Source of the DNA: a virus
Taxonomy: Duplodnaviria > Heunggongvirae > Uroviricota > Caudoviricetes
IMG/VR virus record: IMGVR_UViG_2718218129_000002
DNA length: 52,782 nucleotides
Strand: one strand, 5' to 3'
Part shown: one piece after another, positions 11,715 to 23,295 of the stretch
Position numbering within the stretch: the stretch's first letter is position 1
How the letters are laid out: every line of letters begins with the position of its first letter
Notes under the pieces: model-generated
What the model saw: the letters and a program-made list of their open reading frames with translations, nothing else
The model's database searches: none
Told to the model about the DNA's origin: nothing
Translations under genes and position numbers: made by a program

Positions 11715-14700
11715 TTAACATTCCCCCATCACGTCGCATATTTAACAGATTGCCCTGCACCCGCTGATCAACCATCCCCATAAGTGCTTTTATTGCCTGA
11801 GGGCCAATCTCTCCATTCTGGCCGTCATTTTGAATAGTGATTTGGTATACAGGGGCATAGGTAATATCTCCGCCTCCATTACCACTTTTACTATTAATAG
11901 CTCTGACACCAAGAGAACCATCGGAAGTTCGTGTTAATGGCATAATGGCTTCCGGTCCAGCCTCACCAAAAACACCAGCCCCTCTTGCAAAAGCAAAAAA
12001 TTGCGGGGAATCATAAATACCGTTCGAATACGTGTTCAATGACGGAGACTCATAAACACCGCCCTTTGCATTCGGAATAAATTTACTAATAGCACTCCCG
12101 ATAGTTCCTAAAATCCCCCCAGAAGAACTGTTACTAATGCTGTCGAAAATCCCAGTAATTGAAGCCTTTAATGCTATTCGACTAAGATCCGAAATCACGG
12201 AAGTAGCGAAAGAACGAAAATTTGCCTTGCCTGTCGTGACAAAATCACCCAGCGCATCGGTCATTCCATCAAACATCTGAGTCGTGGTTGATTTTATCTG
12301 CTCACTGATATCCTTAGTGTCATCCAGCCAGTTATTGAATCCCTGGGAGGCACCACTAACCCAGTCTCCTGCCTGAATATCGAGCTGCTCGTTTTTCTGT
12401 CTGACAATTTCTTTTTCTCGTTCCAGAGCATCATTCAGAGCCTGCATTTTCTCCTGAAAAACATGATTTGACATCCCACGGGATTTATCTGCATAGTCAC
12501 GTTCAAGTTGCAGACGCTGATTGTTATATCCATGTTCAATCCGCAGTAATTCCTGCTGGCGTTGCTGATTTTTATCGCCAACCCCATAACCAGCAATCTG
12601 AATATCATACCCCTGCTGACGATTATCAATCGAAGCCTGCAATGAATCACGCCATGCTGTTATTTCTGCGGATTCCTTGATTAGCCTGTTATTCTTTTCA
12701 ATCGCAACATTTTTCTCCATCAACGCGGTTATTTCTTCCCGGTGTAAGAGAAGCGATTTCTGATCCTGGGTTAATTTCGATGATGGTCGTGACTCTAGGT
12801 CGGCAATCCGCTGACGCCACTTAACCAGTTCCTGTTCAGAGGAACTTAATTTAACGGTCAACTCAGCTTGTGAACTTAGTAACGCATTCTGTTGATTCAG
12901 ATGATCAATCATTCGTTGGGCTGCATCATCAGAATAACCTTTCGCCTTTGGTTGCTTTGGATCTTTATAACGCTCATTTATTTGAGCGATAAGATTATTA
13001 TATTCTTCCTTTGAATACTGATTCTTTAGCTTTTCCAGTTTTGCAAGTTCACTAGCTCTCTGCTGCTCCCGGGTCTGATATTGTTTTGAAAAGGCATCTG
13101 CTCTCTGTCTGAGTTCAATTCCTTCCTGTTGTCGCTTGTTGTAATCGTTTATTGATGAATTTAGTACGTCCTGAGCAATTTTTTCTGCTTGAAGTACGCC
13201 CAATTGCTGCTTTAATCGTGCCAGCCTTTTATTTTGAGCTCCGCCATCTCCAATGCCACCTAACCCGAAAACTCCGGGTCGGGTATTTTTTTCTATTTCA
13301 TCAATTTGACGGAGAACATCTGAGATTTTTTGATCAAGGGAGGCCTCACGGCCAATATCCAGCATGGAATCCCATGCCCATTTTGCGGAGTCTGCGACAG
13401 CTTTCCATGCAGTCTCAAGATAACCAAGATTTTCTTTAATCTGGTTGGTGCGCTGGATCATTGAGGATGAGTATTCTTCTGTCGCAATGCGGGCGGCCTC
13501 CTGCTGGTTCCCTTCATCCTGTAGCGCCTTAATCTGGTTATAAGTCGCAAGTGTCAGAAAATGGTACTGATCATTAAGTTTTGATATGGCACTGACAGGA
13601 TCCTTTGCAATTTCATTGAAGTCATTAACCAGTTGTTCGGTTGATATTCCTGTTACTTCGCTCGTTTTTACTATCGCTGTCGTCACTTGCTCCAGCGAAC
13701 TGCTCGCTACCTTTCCCGAACGCACAAGCTGATTTAATACTGCCGCCGCAGCACCAGTTGTCGAATCAGCCGCATTCCCGGCACGTTGAGCTATATCGCC
13801 CAATTGCCCGCTGGTTGTCCCCAACTGATTTCCGGTAAGAATAAGAGATTTATTAAATTCGTCCTGCTCCTGAGAGCCTTTATAGTAAGCCAGTCCTAAG
13901 ACCCCAACGGCTGCTGCGGCCAGGGTAAAAGGATTAATTAATCCCAGCACATAAGAACCTACACCTTTGATCGCCGGGCCAATCCCACCGAACATATCTT
14001 TTAGCTGGCCGCCCTGCTGCATTAACACCATAAATGGCGACTGACCAGTGGACAACCCAACAACAATATCCGTCATTTGTGCAGGCAACATGCGCATAGC
14101 AAAAGCCGTTTGTTTTGCCGACATTCCGGTTTTGCTTAATTGTGATTGAGTAACCTCAAGCTCACTCCGCATAGCACGAAGTTTTCCAGAAAGCTCCTCA
14201 TACATTTCAGGAGAAAGCATCCCCTTAGCTTTTGCTTCATTGAGCTGTTTCTGTTGTTCTACCAGACGATTAAAAGCAGTTCCGACAGGATCAAGTTGAG
14301 CAATCAGACGTTGCAAAGCAACAACCTGTTCATCATGCGCTTTTGCTGCTTCTCGCTCTGCCTGAGCCTCTCCGGTAAGCTCTCGCCGTGTTTCCTGTAT
14401 TTTTCGGCTATAATTCTCAAACTGAGAACCATTTATTTTCCCGGATGCAAACGCAGCATTAAGTTCATCATGCTGTTGTTCAAGATTTCTTAGCGCCGCA
14501 GCCAGAGGGTCGATCTTGTCCAGCATTCTTTGAAAGGCCTGAGCCTGCGCTTCCTGCTGGGCGGCAGCAAGTTTTCCGGCCTTCTCGGCTTCTCTCTGCG
14601 CTTGCGCAACCCCGCTCAATTCCTCTGTGGTTTCATTAAGTTTACGGACAAGAAATTCATATTCTTCTTTATCAATAAGCCCTTTATCGAAAAATTTCTT

Positions 14701-14940
14701 TAATTCAGAATAGCGTCGACCGACAGTATCAATTGCGGCACCAACTGGATCAATAGCTGCTTTTAATTTTGCGAGCGCGTTCTTCTCATCTTCTGTTGCC
14801 TTAGTCACTTTCCCTGCGCTATTTGCAGCAGTTTCCCCAGCCTGCGTCATTTTGACTAATGAGGAGGTCAGATTGTCAGCATTATTTTTCGCTCCAGTGC
14901 TATCAATAATTATTGCGAGACGCGAGGTTTGCTCTGCCAT
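11707..14940 (-). CDS. tail tape measure protein
   Basis: 1077 aa; coiled-coil-rich N-terminus, Gly-rich transmembrane-like centre; follows G/T; Rac tmpR is a remnant of this gene. Confidence 0.85.
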
Positions 14941-15105
14941 TTATTAAAACTCCTGACAACAAAAAACCCACCGCGAAGTGGGTTTCAGGCGACATAATAG
15001 TAGATATAGCGATTACGAGGCCACGCAATGCTTTTCTCCAGGAGCATCATCGATTTAATTAAAGACACCATCACATCTCTGTAATAGAGTGTACGTAATT
15101 AACAA

Positions 15106-15875
15106 CTACACACACTGCTCCTGAAAATACTGGTCATCCAGTGCAAAGATCACTGCTTCAAATTCATCGCGCTCAATCAATACCGGATGAGTGGCTAAAT
15201 ATTCATTTATCTCTGTCAGAGATAAAGGCAAAGGCACCCCAGCCATTCCAGCATAACGTCGGGCACGGGATATTACCGAATAGGCGTACAACAACTCCTT
15301 AAGCACCGGGTCTATTTCTGGTTCCGGTATCGGTGGCAACCTGAGTTTTTCTCGCTTCCATCTTGCCTTTTCCCCCCTTTCTCCCCCGAACTCCGATAAC
15401 CACCGCTGGGCAGCTATGGCTTTTTTATCGTATCCTGCTTCTGCTGCTCTTTACCCTGGGCGATGCTGGCTGCTTCTGCAAGGATCTGCCAGTACAACTC
15501 TGGATTCTGCTTAAGCAGCGCGATCCCTCGTTCTGCCGTATATTCCAGTGCAACCTCAACACCATTAACCAGTTCACCAACCCCTTTCCAGTCTTTCAGC
15601 AGATAACGAGCGGCATTATCAATGAGTAAATCATCAACAGAATCCACCTCGGAAACCTTTGAAATATCAAACTCCTTCGTTCCGACGTGCAAACTGGCAT
15701 CCATTTTCTCAATGTGGCGACGGATTAATGCATTACGGGAGCGATACTGATCGTTATCGCTGCTTGCCACCAACAGTTTTAACCCGTCTACAGGTTTTAA
15801 GTCCTTCATTGGCGTAAACCAGCGTTCTCCACCAATGATAATTTTCTGATTAAGAATAAACATCCATAACCTCAT
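15106..15875 (-). CDS. tail assembly chaperone GT fusion, made by programmed -1 frameshift
   Basis: The -1 frame stays open from the slippery site at the G 3' end through the 15106..15339 ORF; frame arithmetic checked by hand. Confidence 0.6.
15414..15875 (-). CDS. tail assembly chaperone G-like
   Basis: 153 aa ORF between major tail protein and tape measure; ends ...DTIKKP with A AAA AAG heptamer just before the stop. Confidence 0.6.
   Translation of the reverse strand: MRLWMFILNQKIIIGGERWFTPMKDLKPVDGLKLLVASSDNDQYRSRNALIRRHIEKMDASLHVGTKEFDISKVSEVDSVDDLLIDNAARYLLKDWKGVGELVNGVEVALEYTAERGIALLKQNPELYWQILAEAASIAQGKEQQKQDTIKKP
15420..15426 (-). other. slippery heptamer A AAA AAG for the G/GT -1 frameshift
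   Basis: Minus-strand sequence GAT ACG ATA AAA AAG CCA TAG read directly. Confidence 0.55.
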
Positions 15876-15923
15876 TCAATGCGTCCCCCTGTAGGGCAGT
15901 ACCACAGGAGGAATAACGGAAAA

Positions 15924-16886
15924 TCAACTAATCGCCTCAGCACTGGCTTTTGCGATCACGGCAGCCGGGGAATTTTTTTTTCTGGTTATCGTAGGTGCTT
16001 CATCTGCTGCGGTAATGCTCAATTGAACCTGGATAATGTCGCTATTACCCCCATCAGGCCATTCACCTGACACCTGAACCTTCGGGAAACTGAAAGTGTA
16101 TGCCCCCTCTCCATTCGAAAGCGTGAAGCTGAACGGAACTGTTTCTCCAGTCAGTGTTTTACTCCAGATTTCCCACGCGGCTTTAGACCATGAAAGCGTC
16201 ACCGTACCGGACGGTGTAAAAGTAGTCGGAATATTTGCTCCTGCATAAGGCGAGCCAGTCCCGATACAACGCTGTGTCTGGAGTTTGTTATCGAACTGAA
16301 TATCAAAACTGTCGATACAAAAACCGTTACCTCCGGCAACACCATTCAGGCTTACTGCTGAAACCTCCTTAAACGAATAACGTAGCTTTCCTGCACTATC
16401 CACAGGTTCGCCTTTGATAAAATTCGTATCATCGGCCTTTGATTCCCAGTCCAGTCCGGCAAAGGTTACGGTCGCTGTAATATCGCCGTCGTTAGGGATC
16501 TGCATTTTCCATGAGCCAACCTGCGCTCCTCTGACGACAGAGGCAATTCCGACATCGGACGCATAGGTCGCCAGAGAAAATGTTATTCGCTCATTCCCCA
16601 TTGTCAGAGAATCGCCTGACCATTCCGCGCCGAAACAGGATGCAAGAAAATCATCATGTTGACCCCAGCGAAATTTGGTACCAACATCACCGCCGACATC
16701 CACAGTGCCAGGCGTCGCCCCCTGAGCCATCCGGGAGCCACCAATCTCATTATTTTCGCCTTTATTCTGGGTGGGTTTTACTCCCCAGCTTGTGCGTTTT
16801 AATAAACTCCAGTCACCACTTGCTGGCGTAGTGCCTGCAACCGTCTCCCGGATAAATGCCGAGATAACCTTTGCACCTGAACTCAC
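15924..16886 (-). CDS. major tail protein (V-like, with C-terminal extension)
   Basis: 320 aa ORF directly upstream of G/T, the position of the major tail subunit. Confidence 0.65.
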   Translation of the reverse strand: MSSGAKVISAFIRETVAGTTPASGDWSLLKRTSWGVKPTQNKGENNEIGGSRMAQGATPGTVDVGGDVGTKFRWGQHDDFLASCFGAEWSGDSLTMGNERITFSLATYASDVGIASVVRGAQVGSWKMQIPNDGDITATVTFAGLDWESKADDTNFIKGEPVDSAGKLRYSFKEVSAVSLNGVAGGNGFCIDSFDIQFDNKLQTQRCIGTGSPYAGANIPTTFTPSGTVTLSWSKAAWEIWSKTLTGETVPFSFTLSNGEGAYTFSFPKVQVSGEWPDGGNSDIIQVQLSITAADEAPTITRKKNSPAAVIAKASAEAIS

Positions 16887-16912
16887 AGGAGCCTCCTATG
16901 TCATTAATTGCG

Positions 16913-17305
16913 CTAGAGCGCGCGATATGGAATTTGAAGATTAAGCTGGAACCAGCCATTCTTTTCGCCAACGGCTATTGAGGAAACAGCCTGGTAACTG
17001 AGACGATCGTCATCCTGAAACTCAAACAGTTCCCGCAATTTATCGGCTGTCTCAGTAATGAGTTTTGAACCAGAACCTGCGGGGACAAATAACTGAATAA
17101 TGATTATCCCCGTGCGATAAACAATCGGCCCCGCGCCAATTTCATTAACTCCAGCCTGCCCGGGAATATTACTTAACCGCGCCCAGATTAACTTACCGGA
17201 AGGATCGAACGTTGGCGCGTTCGGATACAATACGTCTTTTCCATCAATAATCGTCTGTGCCGTCATTCTGGAAATAACCGTATTTCTGATTTCAGTAAAC
17301 GTCAT
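16913..17305 (-). CDS. tail terminator-like protein (U analogue)
   Basis: 130 aa; assigned by position between tail completion protein and major tail. Confidence 0.5.
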   Translation of the reverse strand: MTFTEIRNTVISRMTAQTIIDGKDVLYPNAPTFDPSGKLIWARLSNIPGQAGVNEIGAGPIVYRTGIIIIQLFVPAGSGSKLITETADKLRELFEFQDDDRLSYQAVSSIAVGEKNGWFQLNLQIPYRAL

Positions 17306-17682
17306 TTGTAAGCCTGTAAAACACCATGAAAAGCGTTGGCATACACGCCAGTTGGCGCTTGTTGTGAATGACCGTTTTCAAGAGCCTCTGCATAAGGAAG
17401 GTTATTCTGGATATAAATAACTCCGTAATTTGCAGCTTTCGAAATAACCCCGATCCCACGCTGAACAGCAATCGTACCGTTCGGATCCACGTTATCAGAT
17501 ATACCAAAATCGGGATGCTGTAACGACACCAGGTTGTTATTTCTGAAACGTCCGGTATCAACCGGAGCAGCAATATCAATAGCAGTAAGAATCTGAATAG
17601 CGATGTAGCGAATCTTCAGCCCTACATCTTCCTCAATCATCCCGGCAAATATTGACGGTTCTATATCCCATGCCTTTGCCAT
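17302..17682 (-). CDS. tail completion protein (HK97 gp10-like)
   Basis: 126 aa; C-terminal ENGHSQQAPTG motif recalled from the HK97 gp10 family. Confidence 0.55.
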   Translation of the reverse strand: MAKAWDIEPSIFAGMIEEDVGLKIRYIAIQILTAIDIAAPVDTGRFRNNNLVSLQHPDFGISDNVDPNGTIAVQRGIGVISKAANYGVIYIQNNLPYAEALENGHSQQAPTGVYANAFHGVLQAYK

Positions 17683-18066
17683 TTACGCTCTCCTTAACTG
17701 GATAGAGTAAACTGATGCGGAAGGATCTACACTTGCTGTAATTACCTCGTATCGTTGTAACTGCCTTGATACAGGATCATAAATCTCAATAATATGGTCG
17801 ACAGCTGGTTTATCCGTAACCTCGCATACCAGAGCGGTTAATTTAAGGTCACCATGCAAAATATTAATCCCATCAATTCTGCCCAGCTTATAACGTGTCA
17901 ACACGCCTCGCCCGGTATAGATTGCGGTGGATTCGCCGCCAGTTTCCGTCACAGGATCCCAGTGCCGGTGCGTAACGTAAGAACCAGAAAAATCACTCAC
18001 GGCGTCCGCTAAATCCTCATCAAAAGCAGCGGCAACCTCTGACTGAATCTCTTCACGAAGCCCCAT
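17683..18066 (-). CDS. head-tail joining / head closure protein
   Basis: 127 aa; assigned by position in the connector module. Confidence 0.45.
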   Translation of the reverse strand: MGLREEIQSEVAAAFDEDLADAVSDFSGSYVTHRHWDPVTETGGESTAIYTGRGVLTRYKLGRIDGINILHGDLKLTALVCEVTDKPAVDHIIEIYDPVSRQLQRYEVITASVDPSASVYSIQLRRA

Positions 18067-18461
18067 TATCCCCCCCTCACAACCCTGACTTGTGAGCGAC
18101 TAAGTCCGTACGGTTTCAGCAGTGCTATCGCAAGCTGTAAATCGGGTTCAAGCAATGCAGTGCTGTTTGCTGGCAACTCAGAAAATGATTTCGATACACT
18201 GACCCCGTCAGCCGACACGGCTTTACTGATAACAACGCCAGAATCATTTTTCTGCTGAAACAACTTACCGAATGAGGCAATTCTGGCTGCATATGCTCCC
18301 GCAAGTTTTACCTCTTCCGGAATACGGGATGGGTTAATTTTCAGGTTGAAGCCATTAAGCCAGGCATTAGCCATTAAAACAGCTTTATTTTTAGCGTTCT
18401 CACTCGTCCAGGCGTTCCCAAACGCATTATCAACGTCATCACAGGTCACGTAAGTGATCAT
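18066..18461 (-). CDS. head-tail connector protein
   Basis: 131 aa; assigned by position immediately after the capsid region. Confidence 0.45.
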   Translation of the reverse strand: MITYVTCDDVDNAFGNAWTSENAKNKAVLMANAWLNGFNLKINPSRIPEEVKLAGAYAARIASFGKLFQQKNDSGVVISKAVSADGVSVSKSFSELPANSTALLEPDLQLAIALLKPYGLSRSQVRVVRGG

Positions 18462-18473
18462 GTGTTACTCCTG

Positions 18474-18641
18474 AGTTTTCCAGCCCATAGCCTTCCAGTT
18501 GTCAACTTCATCAGGATGAACATTAGCGATAGTTGGTGCGCCGGGAAACATCTGATAATCGGTCACCATAACCACTAACTCAATTTGCGTTTTTTGTGCG
18601 GCTTCACGCTGTGCTCTTTGCTCTTTAGTTAATCCGGCCAT
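18474..18641 (-). CDS. small hypothetical protein (55 aa)
   Basis: Hand-translated MAGLTKEQRAQREAAQKTQIELVVM...; fills the gap between capsid and connector genes; below the ORF-track size cutoff. Confidence 0.3.
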
Positions 18642-18683
18642 ATGCCCCCCATTAAAAATGGGGCCGAAGCCCCGTTTGAATGT

Positions 18684-19823
18684 TTAACCAAGAATCAGAC
18701 AACCATGTGCCGGCTTCACTGATGAAACACCCCATGCCAGTCCAACTTCATAGCGCACCTGGCGATACTGACGATACAGTGCAATCTGGAACGTAATCCC
18801 TGAAATCGGGTCCGTAACATTCATTACATCATCAGCATTATCGCCACCTTCCGGCATTGCCGGAGTACGGGATGCCAGCAGAAACGCGTTGCGATCAAAC
18901 GCCATATTTGCCGTAAAGGCCCCAACAACTGTGATGGCAGTATCATCGGCCAGATCCTGACGCAGTCCGGGCGCTGCAAGAGTAATCAGATTGCTGGTCG
19001 CTGCTGCCACAACATACTGATTCGGATCACCAGCGAACGTAACAATCTGACCTGCAGAAATACTCCCCGAACCAGTATCAATGGAAATAAGAACATCGCC
19101 TTCTTTTTTCTCTCCATTCACGAGATAACCAGTTGCAGCAACCTTTGGCGCTCGTTTCACACCTGCCGAACTGTGAATATTGAATCCCTCCAGACGCCCC
19201 AACACGCCCTCACGCAGTAGCTGTTCAGTGCCGGATTCATTCACTTTAAACAATACAGACTGTTTTCCGCGCAAATTAGCAATGGCAGTGGAGCCAAGCA
19301 CCATCTGCAGATCGGTTGTCGGTGCGCCGTTATCCTCCAGAACCTGACGAGCCAGAGCAGCATCAGAAAGATCATCTTTAACACCAAACGGCGTTGTCCC
19401 TGCGGTTCCCACGGCGCGGGAAGCACCGAAATACAACGCACCAAGATCAGCCTCAACCTCGTTTGCAAGGGCGCGAAAAGCCTGCTTGAACTGATCAGCC
19501 AGAATGGTGTTGTAAGTCCCTGAAGGGCCAAGAGCCAGTTGTTCTTCACCATTCCATTTAACCGGTGCCATTTTGGATTTAGTAATTTTTACATCAACAG
19601 TGCCAATATTTTGATCACCGGTATTCGGAGCTGACGGCCCCGGTACGATATCTTCGGTTTTCGCCTCAGGCGCAACTGGCGCGGTTACCGTCTGATCTTT
19701 TGCTGCGGCGTCAGCTTTTGCGTTTTTTGCTACCGCAGGGATAAAACCTACCTGCTCACGGGATACAACATCCAGGGCGGTATAAATAGTCGGGATCAAC
19801 CCGGTCAGGGTATTTCCAGCCAT
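18684..19823 (-). CDS. major capsid protein
   Basis: 379 aa from MAGNTLTGLIP... with AAGGAA Shine-Dalgarno; the longer ORF-track start overlaps the upstream gene. Confidence 0.8.
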   Translation of the reverse strand: MAGNTLTGLIPTIYTALDVVSREQVGFIPAVAKNAKADAAAKDQTVTAPVAPEAKTEDIVPGPSAPNTGDQNIGTVDVKITKSKMAPVKWNGEEQLALGPSGTYNTILADQFKQAFRALANEVEADLGALYFGASRAVGTAGTTPFGVKDDLSDAALARQVLEDNGAPTTDLQMVLGSTAIANLRGKQSVLFKVNESGTEQLLREGVLGRLEGFNIHSSAGVKRAPKVAATGYLVNGEKKEGDVLISIDTGSGSISAGQIVTFAGDPNQYVVAAATSNLITLAAPGLRQDLADDTAITVVGAFTANMAFDRNAFLLASRTPAMPEGGDNADDVMNVTDPISGITFQIALYRQYRQVRYEVGLAWGVSSVKPAHGCLILG

Positions 19824-19921
19824 AATTAAATATTCCTTAAAAATTTGCGTAATTGTGAATAGATGGAGTAATGAGCTATCCAGCCCTGACACCAGCTCCC
19901 ATCCGGAAGCTGACAAATGTG

Positions 19922-20686
19922 TTAATCAACGATTGTGATACCGTCTTTCAATGCGTTTTGCTTACCTGCAACATCCAGTGCATCAAAAGCAGAGCGTTTC
20001 ATCGTTTTCTGACCAATATCATGCTGTGTCGGACGGGAGCCGCCGCCATTGTTGCCACTGGCTTTCAGGATGTAGTCTTTCTGAGGGTAATTTTCGACAA
20101 GGAACTCCAGCGCCTCATCAAACTGCGCCAGTTCGCCAGGCTTCGCGCGGGAATAAATTTTGTTGCCGGAAGCGTCATAAGCAACGATCCTCCCTTCTTC
20201 CACTTTGAATGCCTGCCCGAAGCGGGCTTGTAATAAATCTGCCGGGATCGCAATTTTATCGGCAATATATTTTGAACCCGCAAAACTACCGCCAATCATA
20301 GAATCGTAAAGCTGCTTCTCCAGCATCTGAGAGCGTTGCTTTTCTTCATCTAATTGCTGCTGAAAATTTTTCGTAATTTCTGCCTTAACCTGGTCAACCT
20401 GTCCCGCATCGAGCAGCTTTTTCTGGTCGATTTTTGACAGCATTTCCAGTGCCTCGATCGCCTTCTTCGGGTCTTCGATAGCGGCAAACTTAGCCAGTTT
20501 TTCCTCTGCAGCTTCTTTAGCCAGGCGATGATTTTTTGCCTCGCCATTAAGCTCTGTAATTTTTTTTGTCGCCAGCGGTGCATCGAAGCCAATTTCTTTA
20601 CCATCGTCGTGCACATAAACTGGCAGGCCAGCAGTATCAATTTCTGCGTATTGTTTTCCGTTAATCTCGACCGTTTTCAGTTTCAT
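19922..20686 (-). CDS. scaffolding protein
   Basis: Start set at MKLKTVEING...; charged coiled-coil-rich centre; between head morphogenesis protein and capsid. Confidence 0.6.
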   Translation of the reverse strand: MKLKTVEINGKQYAEIDTAGLPVYVHDDGKEIGFDAPLATKKITELNGEAKNHRLAKEAAEEKLAKFAAIEDPKKAIEALEMLSKIDQKKLLDAGQVDQVKAEITKNFQQQLDEEKQRSQMLEKQLYDSMIGGSFAGSKYIADKIAIPADLLQARFGQAFKVEEGRIVAYDASGNKIYSRAKPGELAQFDEALEFLVENYPQKDYILKASGNNGGGSRPTQHDIGQKTMKRSAFDALDVAGKQNALKDGITIVD

Positions 20687-20790
20687 ATTAGTACCTGGTT
20701 TAAGTCTTCCGACAGTTACGCTGCTCACCATCCGGATCGCAGCAATAAAAAAGGCCACCCGAAGGTAGCCTGTTGTAATAAATGATTTAT

Positions 20791-21906
20791 TTAAATCCCT
20801 GCTTTTCTGAATACCTGTGCATCACGCTCACGGAGCTGCTTCAGCGTCAGCCATTCGCCTTTATCGGTGTAAAATTCATCTGGCGACATACCACCATCCC
20901 GAATCAGCTTTGCTCGGGTTTCCCCCACAATCTGTTTTTGTCTGGTGTAAGGCTGACGCAAAAACCATTCCCTGTAGGTTGTATCTCCGGCCACCACTCC
21001 ATCCATGCTGGCCCGCTCAGCCGGGGAAATATCGCGAACATCAATACCCAGTTCCTTCGCTGATTTCAGAATGAACGTTTCCGTTGAGCGGCAGCAGAAA
21101 TGAATTTTTCCCGGCCCCTGCAAATAAGGCACGCTGTGACCTACAGGTTTATTATTCAGCGTATATTTGAGGCGATCCCTGATTCGACATTGTGGCGTAG
21201 TACGATTATCAAGCGTTGATAACCATTGCTTACCCTTAATCAAATCATTATTCGCGCTGGCAAAACTCTCACGGGCAGTAGCAGCAAGATGTCCAACCGC
21301 TGTTTTTGCAATGCTGGCCGCATTAGCCCGGCTCATCTGCAATGCACCATCCTGAAATCCCTTACTGACATGTCCCCGAATTTTTCTTGCGATCTGCTCA
21401 TTGGTATCCCCCAGCAAAAAACCCTGACGCACTGTATTTGTTATGCGTCTGAGCCGATCCGCCTCAAGATCTGAGGCCCACTCACTGAGCAGTCGTCCCT
21501 GGAATGGTCGCGCCATTGCAGCGGCATAAAGTGCATCAGGAGAGATACCAACCAGAGGGTGAACATCAGCAACAAAATCAGGTAGCATAGAATCAAACAG
21601 ACTTAACTGATAACCAGCCTCATAAATTGCCAGCTCGTTCAGCTCTCCGGAGAGACTGGTAAACATGCTGTTAATAGCAGTGCGGTTAACCTTTCTGACG
21701 CTCGCCAGAAGTGACTCCAGGCGCTTAACGGTAAAATTACCTGGATCGAGGCTGTCCAGTGCTATCAGCAGGCGAGCAGTAAGTTCCGCATCGCTGTCAT
21801 TCAGTATTTTCACCATTCTGGCAGCCACGCCAGTGCTATAGCGGGATATCCAGACTGCATGAGCAATTGATTCATCACGCAGCCGTTCATTCACGGTTTG
21901 CATCAT
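20791..21906 (-). CDS. head morphogenesis protein (SPP1 gp7 / Mu F-like)
   Basis: 371 aa directly after the portal gene; family assigned by position and size. Confidence 0.7.
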   Translation of the reverse strand: MMQTVNERLRDESIAHAVWISRYSTGVAARMVKILNDSDAELTARLLIALDSLDPGNFTVKRLESLLASVRKVNRTAINSMFTSLSGELNELAIYEAGYQLSLFDSMLPDFVADVHPLVGISPDALYAAAMARPFQGRLLSEWASDLEADRLRRITNTVRQGFLLGDTNEQIARKIRGHVSKGFQDGALQMSRANAASIAKTAVGHLAATARESFASANNDLIKGKQWLSTLDNRTTPQCRIRDRLKYTLNNKPVGHSVPYLQGPGKIHFCCRSTETFILKSAKELGIDVRDISPAERASMDGVVAGDTTYREWFLRQPYTRQKQIVGETRAKLIRDGGMSPDEFYTDKGEWLTLKQLRERDAQVFRKAGI

Positions 21907-23293
21907 TGATTTCCATCAGCATTACACTCTGATTTTTTAATTCATCGATCACTTCCTCTGGACGGGAATCCTGATCGATAAATTTCAACGCCTGCAACAC
22001 CCGAACCGCATCAATCTGACGTATATCACCGCCCTGACGCAATGACTGAACAGCCAGCGCGGAGGATGAGTCAAACACCTGGGCAGATACATCCAGTTCA
22101 GTGCGCACATCCACATTGCCACCGCAACTCTCTCCGCTCCATTCCGCCATTATCTGGAGAATATTATCGAGGGCATCTTCGAGGGAGTTCGCCATTGTAT
22201 AAAGCGGCGAGTGTTCCTGCATCCGCTCTTCATTAGTCTGATCAACAGATTTGGTGGATGTATTTTCAGCCCGCAGAAGTTTAGCGCCGGCATGACGCAT
22301 CTGATTTTCCAGCTTCTCAAGTGATGTTTCGCCAGATTCTATCGCTGCGCCACTATGTTCAACATATTCGAGGCCATTTTTTGTTCTGTCCTCAAAAATC
22401 GTAGCCGTGGATGCACCAACCGTCAGTTCTTCATTCCTGTCCAGCCCGTAGGCCACCAGCAATGGAACGCGGGCAACATGAAGAATATTGTCCTGCTCGC
22501 TCTGGCTTTGCCAGTGCTTGATATTCAGCAAGCCAAGATTAAGCAATGGCGGTGTACCACGCATAAACCCTGTTTTCTTCGTATACAGTGTTACCAGAGG
22601 AATATCATCACGGCTGGTATTCCATGACTCATGAAGCATCCAGACAGATTCGCCATTAGTACCTTCGCTGCGTCGATAAATTTCTACTCGACGGGGCATA
22701 ATATGGCGGATCTGCTCCACCTTCTTCTGCCCGAAATCATCACCATCAATAATGATGACCTCTTTTATACGCAAATCAGTGAGAACAACTTTCCCTTTTT
22801 CAACTTTCGATTTCCATCCAATAACCTGGCGTGGATTCAGCATCGTAACGTACGGGCGACCACCGGCCGCGTTTTCATCGGCTTTTGTCCGAATCTCGTT
22901 CATATCCGTTCGTGGATAGTCCACCAGCGCATGTGCCACACCATACTGAAATGCGAGACTGAAAAATTGCTGCGCCCACACATCCAGTCGGCTCCCCTCC
23001 ATGTCGATATTTTCTGCATATTCCCTGATTTTTTCCGGCGTTTCCTCACTCAATACTGTCGGCTCTGCAAATATGCGCCCAATATTTTGTTTGATGCTTT
23101 CTTCATACACAGGAAGTAACGTAGCCACAGACAGGCGTTTTTTATAAGCGTCTTCATCTTCATTAGGCCATTTGGGGAGATAATTTTCCCCCTGCCTGCG
23201 CATTTCAAGCGTACCGCCCATCAATGCGTCGTTAATATCCCACGCCTCCAGCATATCGTTATAGTCGAGGTTGGGTGTTGATATATCAGCCAT
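21887..23293 (-). CDS. portal protein
   Basis: 468 aa ORF immediately after TerL. Confidence 0.8.
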   Translation of the reverse strand: MADISTPNLDYNDMLEAWDINDALMGGTLEMRRQGENYLPKWPNEDEDAYKKRLSVATLLPVYEESIKQNIGRIFAEPTVLSEETPEKIREYAENIDMEGSRLDVWAQQFFSLAFQYGVAHALVDYPRTDMNEIRTKADENAAGGRPYVTMLNPRQVIGWKSKVEKGKVVLTDLRIKEVIIIDGDDFGQKKVEQIRHIMPRRVEIYRRSEGTNGESVWMLHESWNTSRDDIPLVTLYTKKTGFMRGTPPLLNLGLLNIKHWQSQSEQDNILHVARVPLLVAYGLDRNEELTVGASTATIFEDRTKNGLEYVEHSGAAIESGETSLEKLENQMRHAGAKLLRAENTSTKSVDQTNEERMQEHSPLYTMANSLEDALDNILQIMAEWSGESCGGNVDVRTELDVSAQVFDSSSALAVQSLRQGGDIRQIDAVRVLQALKFIDQDSRPEEVIDELKNQSVMLMEINDANRE

Positions 23294-23295
23294 AA

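Noticed and set aside
12435-14493. Several 65-115 aa ORFs inside the tape measure gene on either strand
   Set aside because: All nested within the tape measure coding region; no ribosome-binding context.
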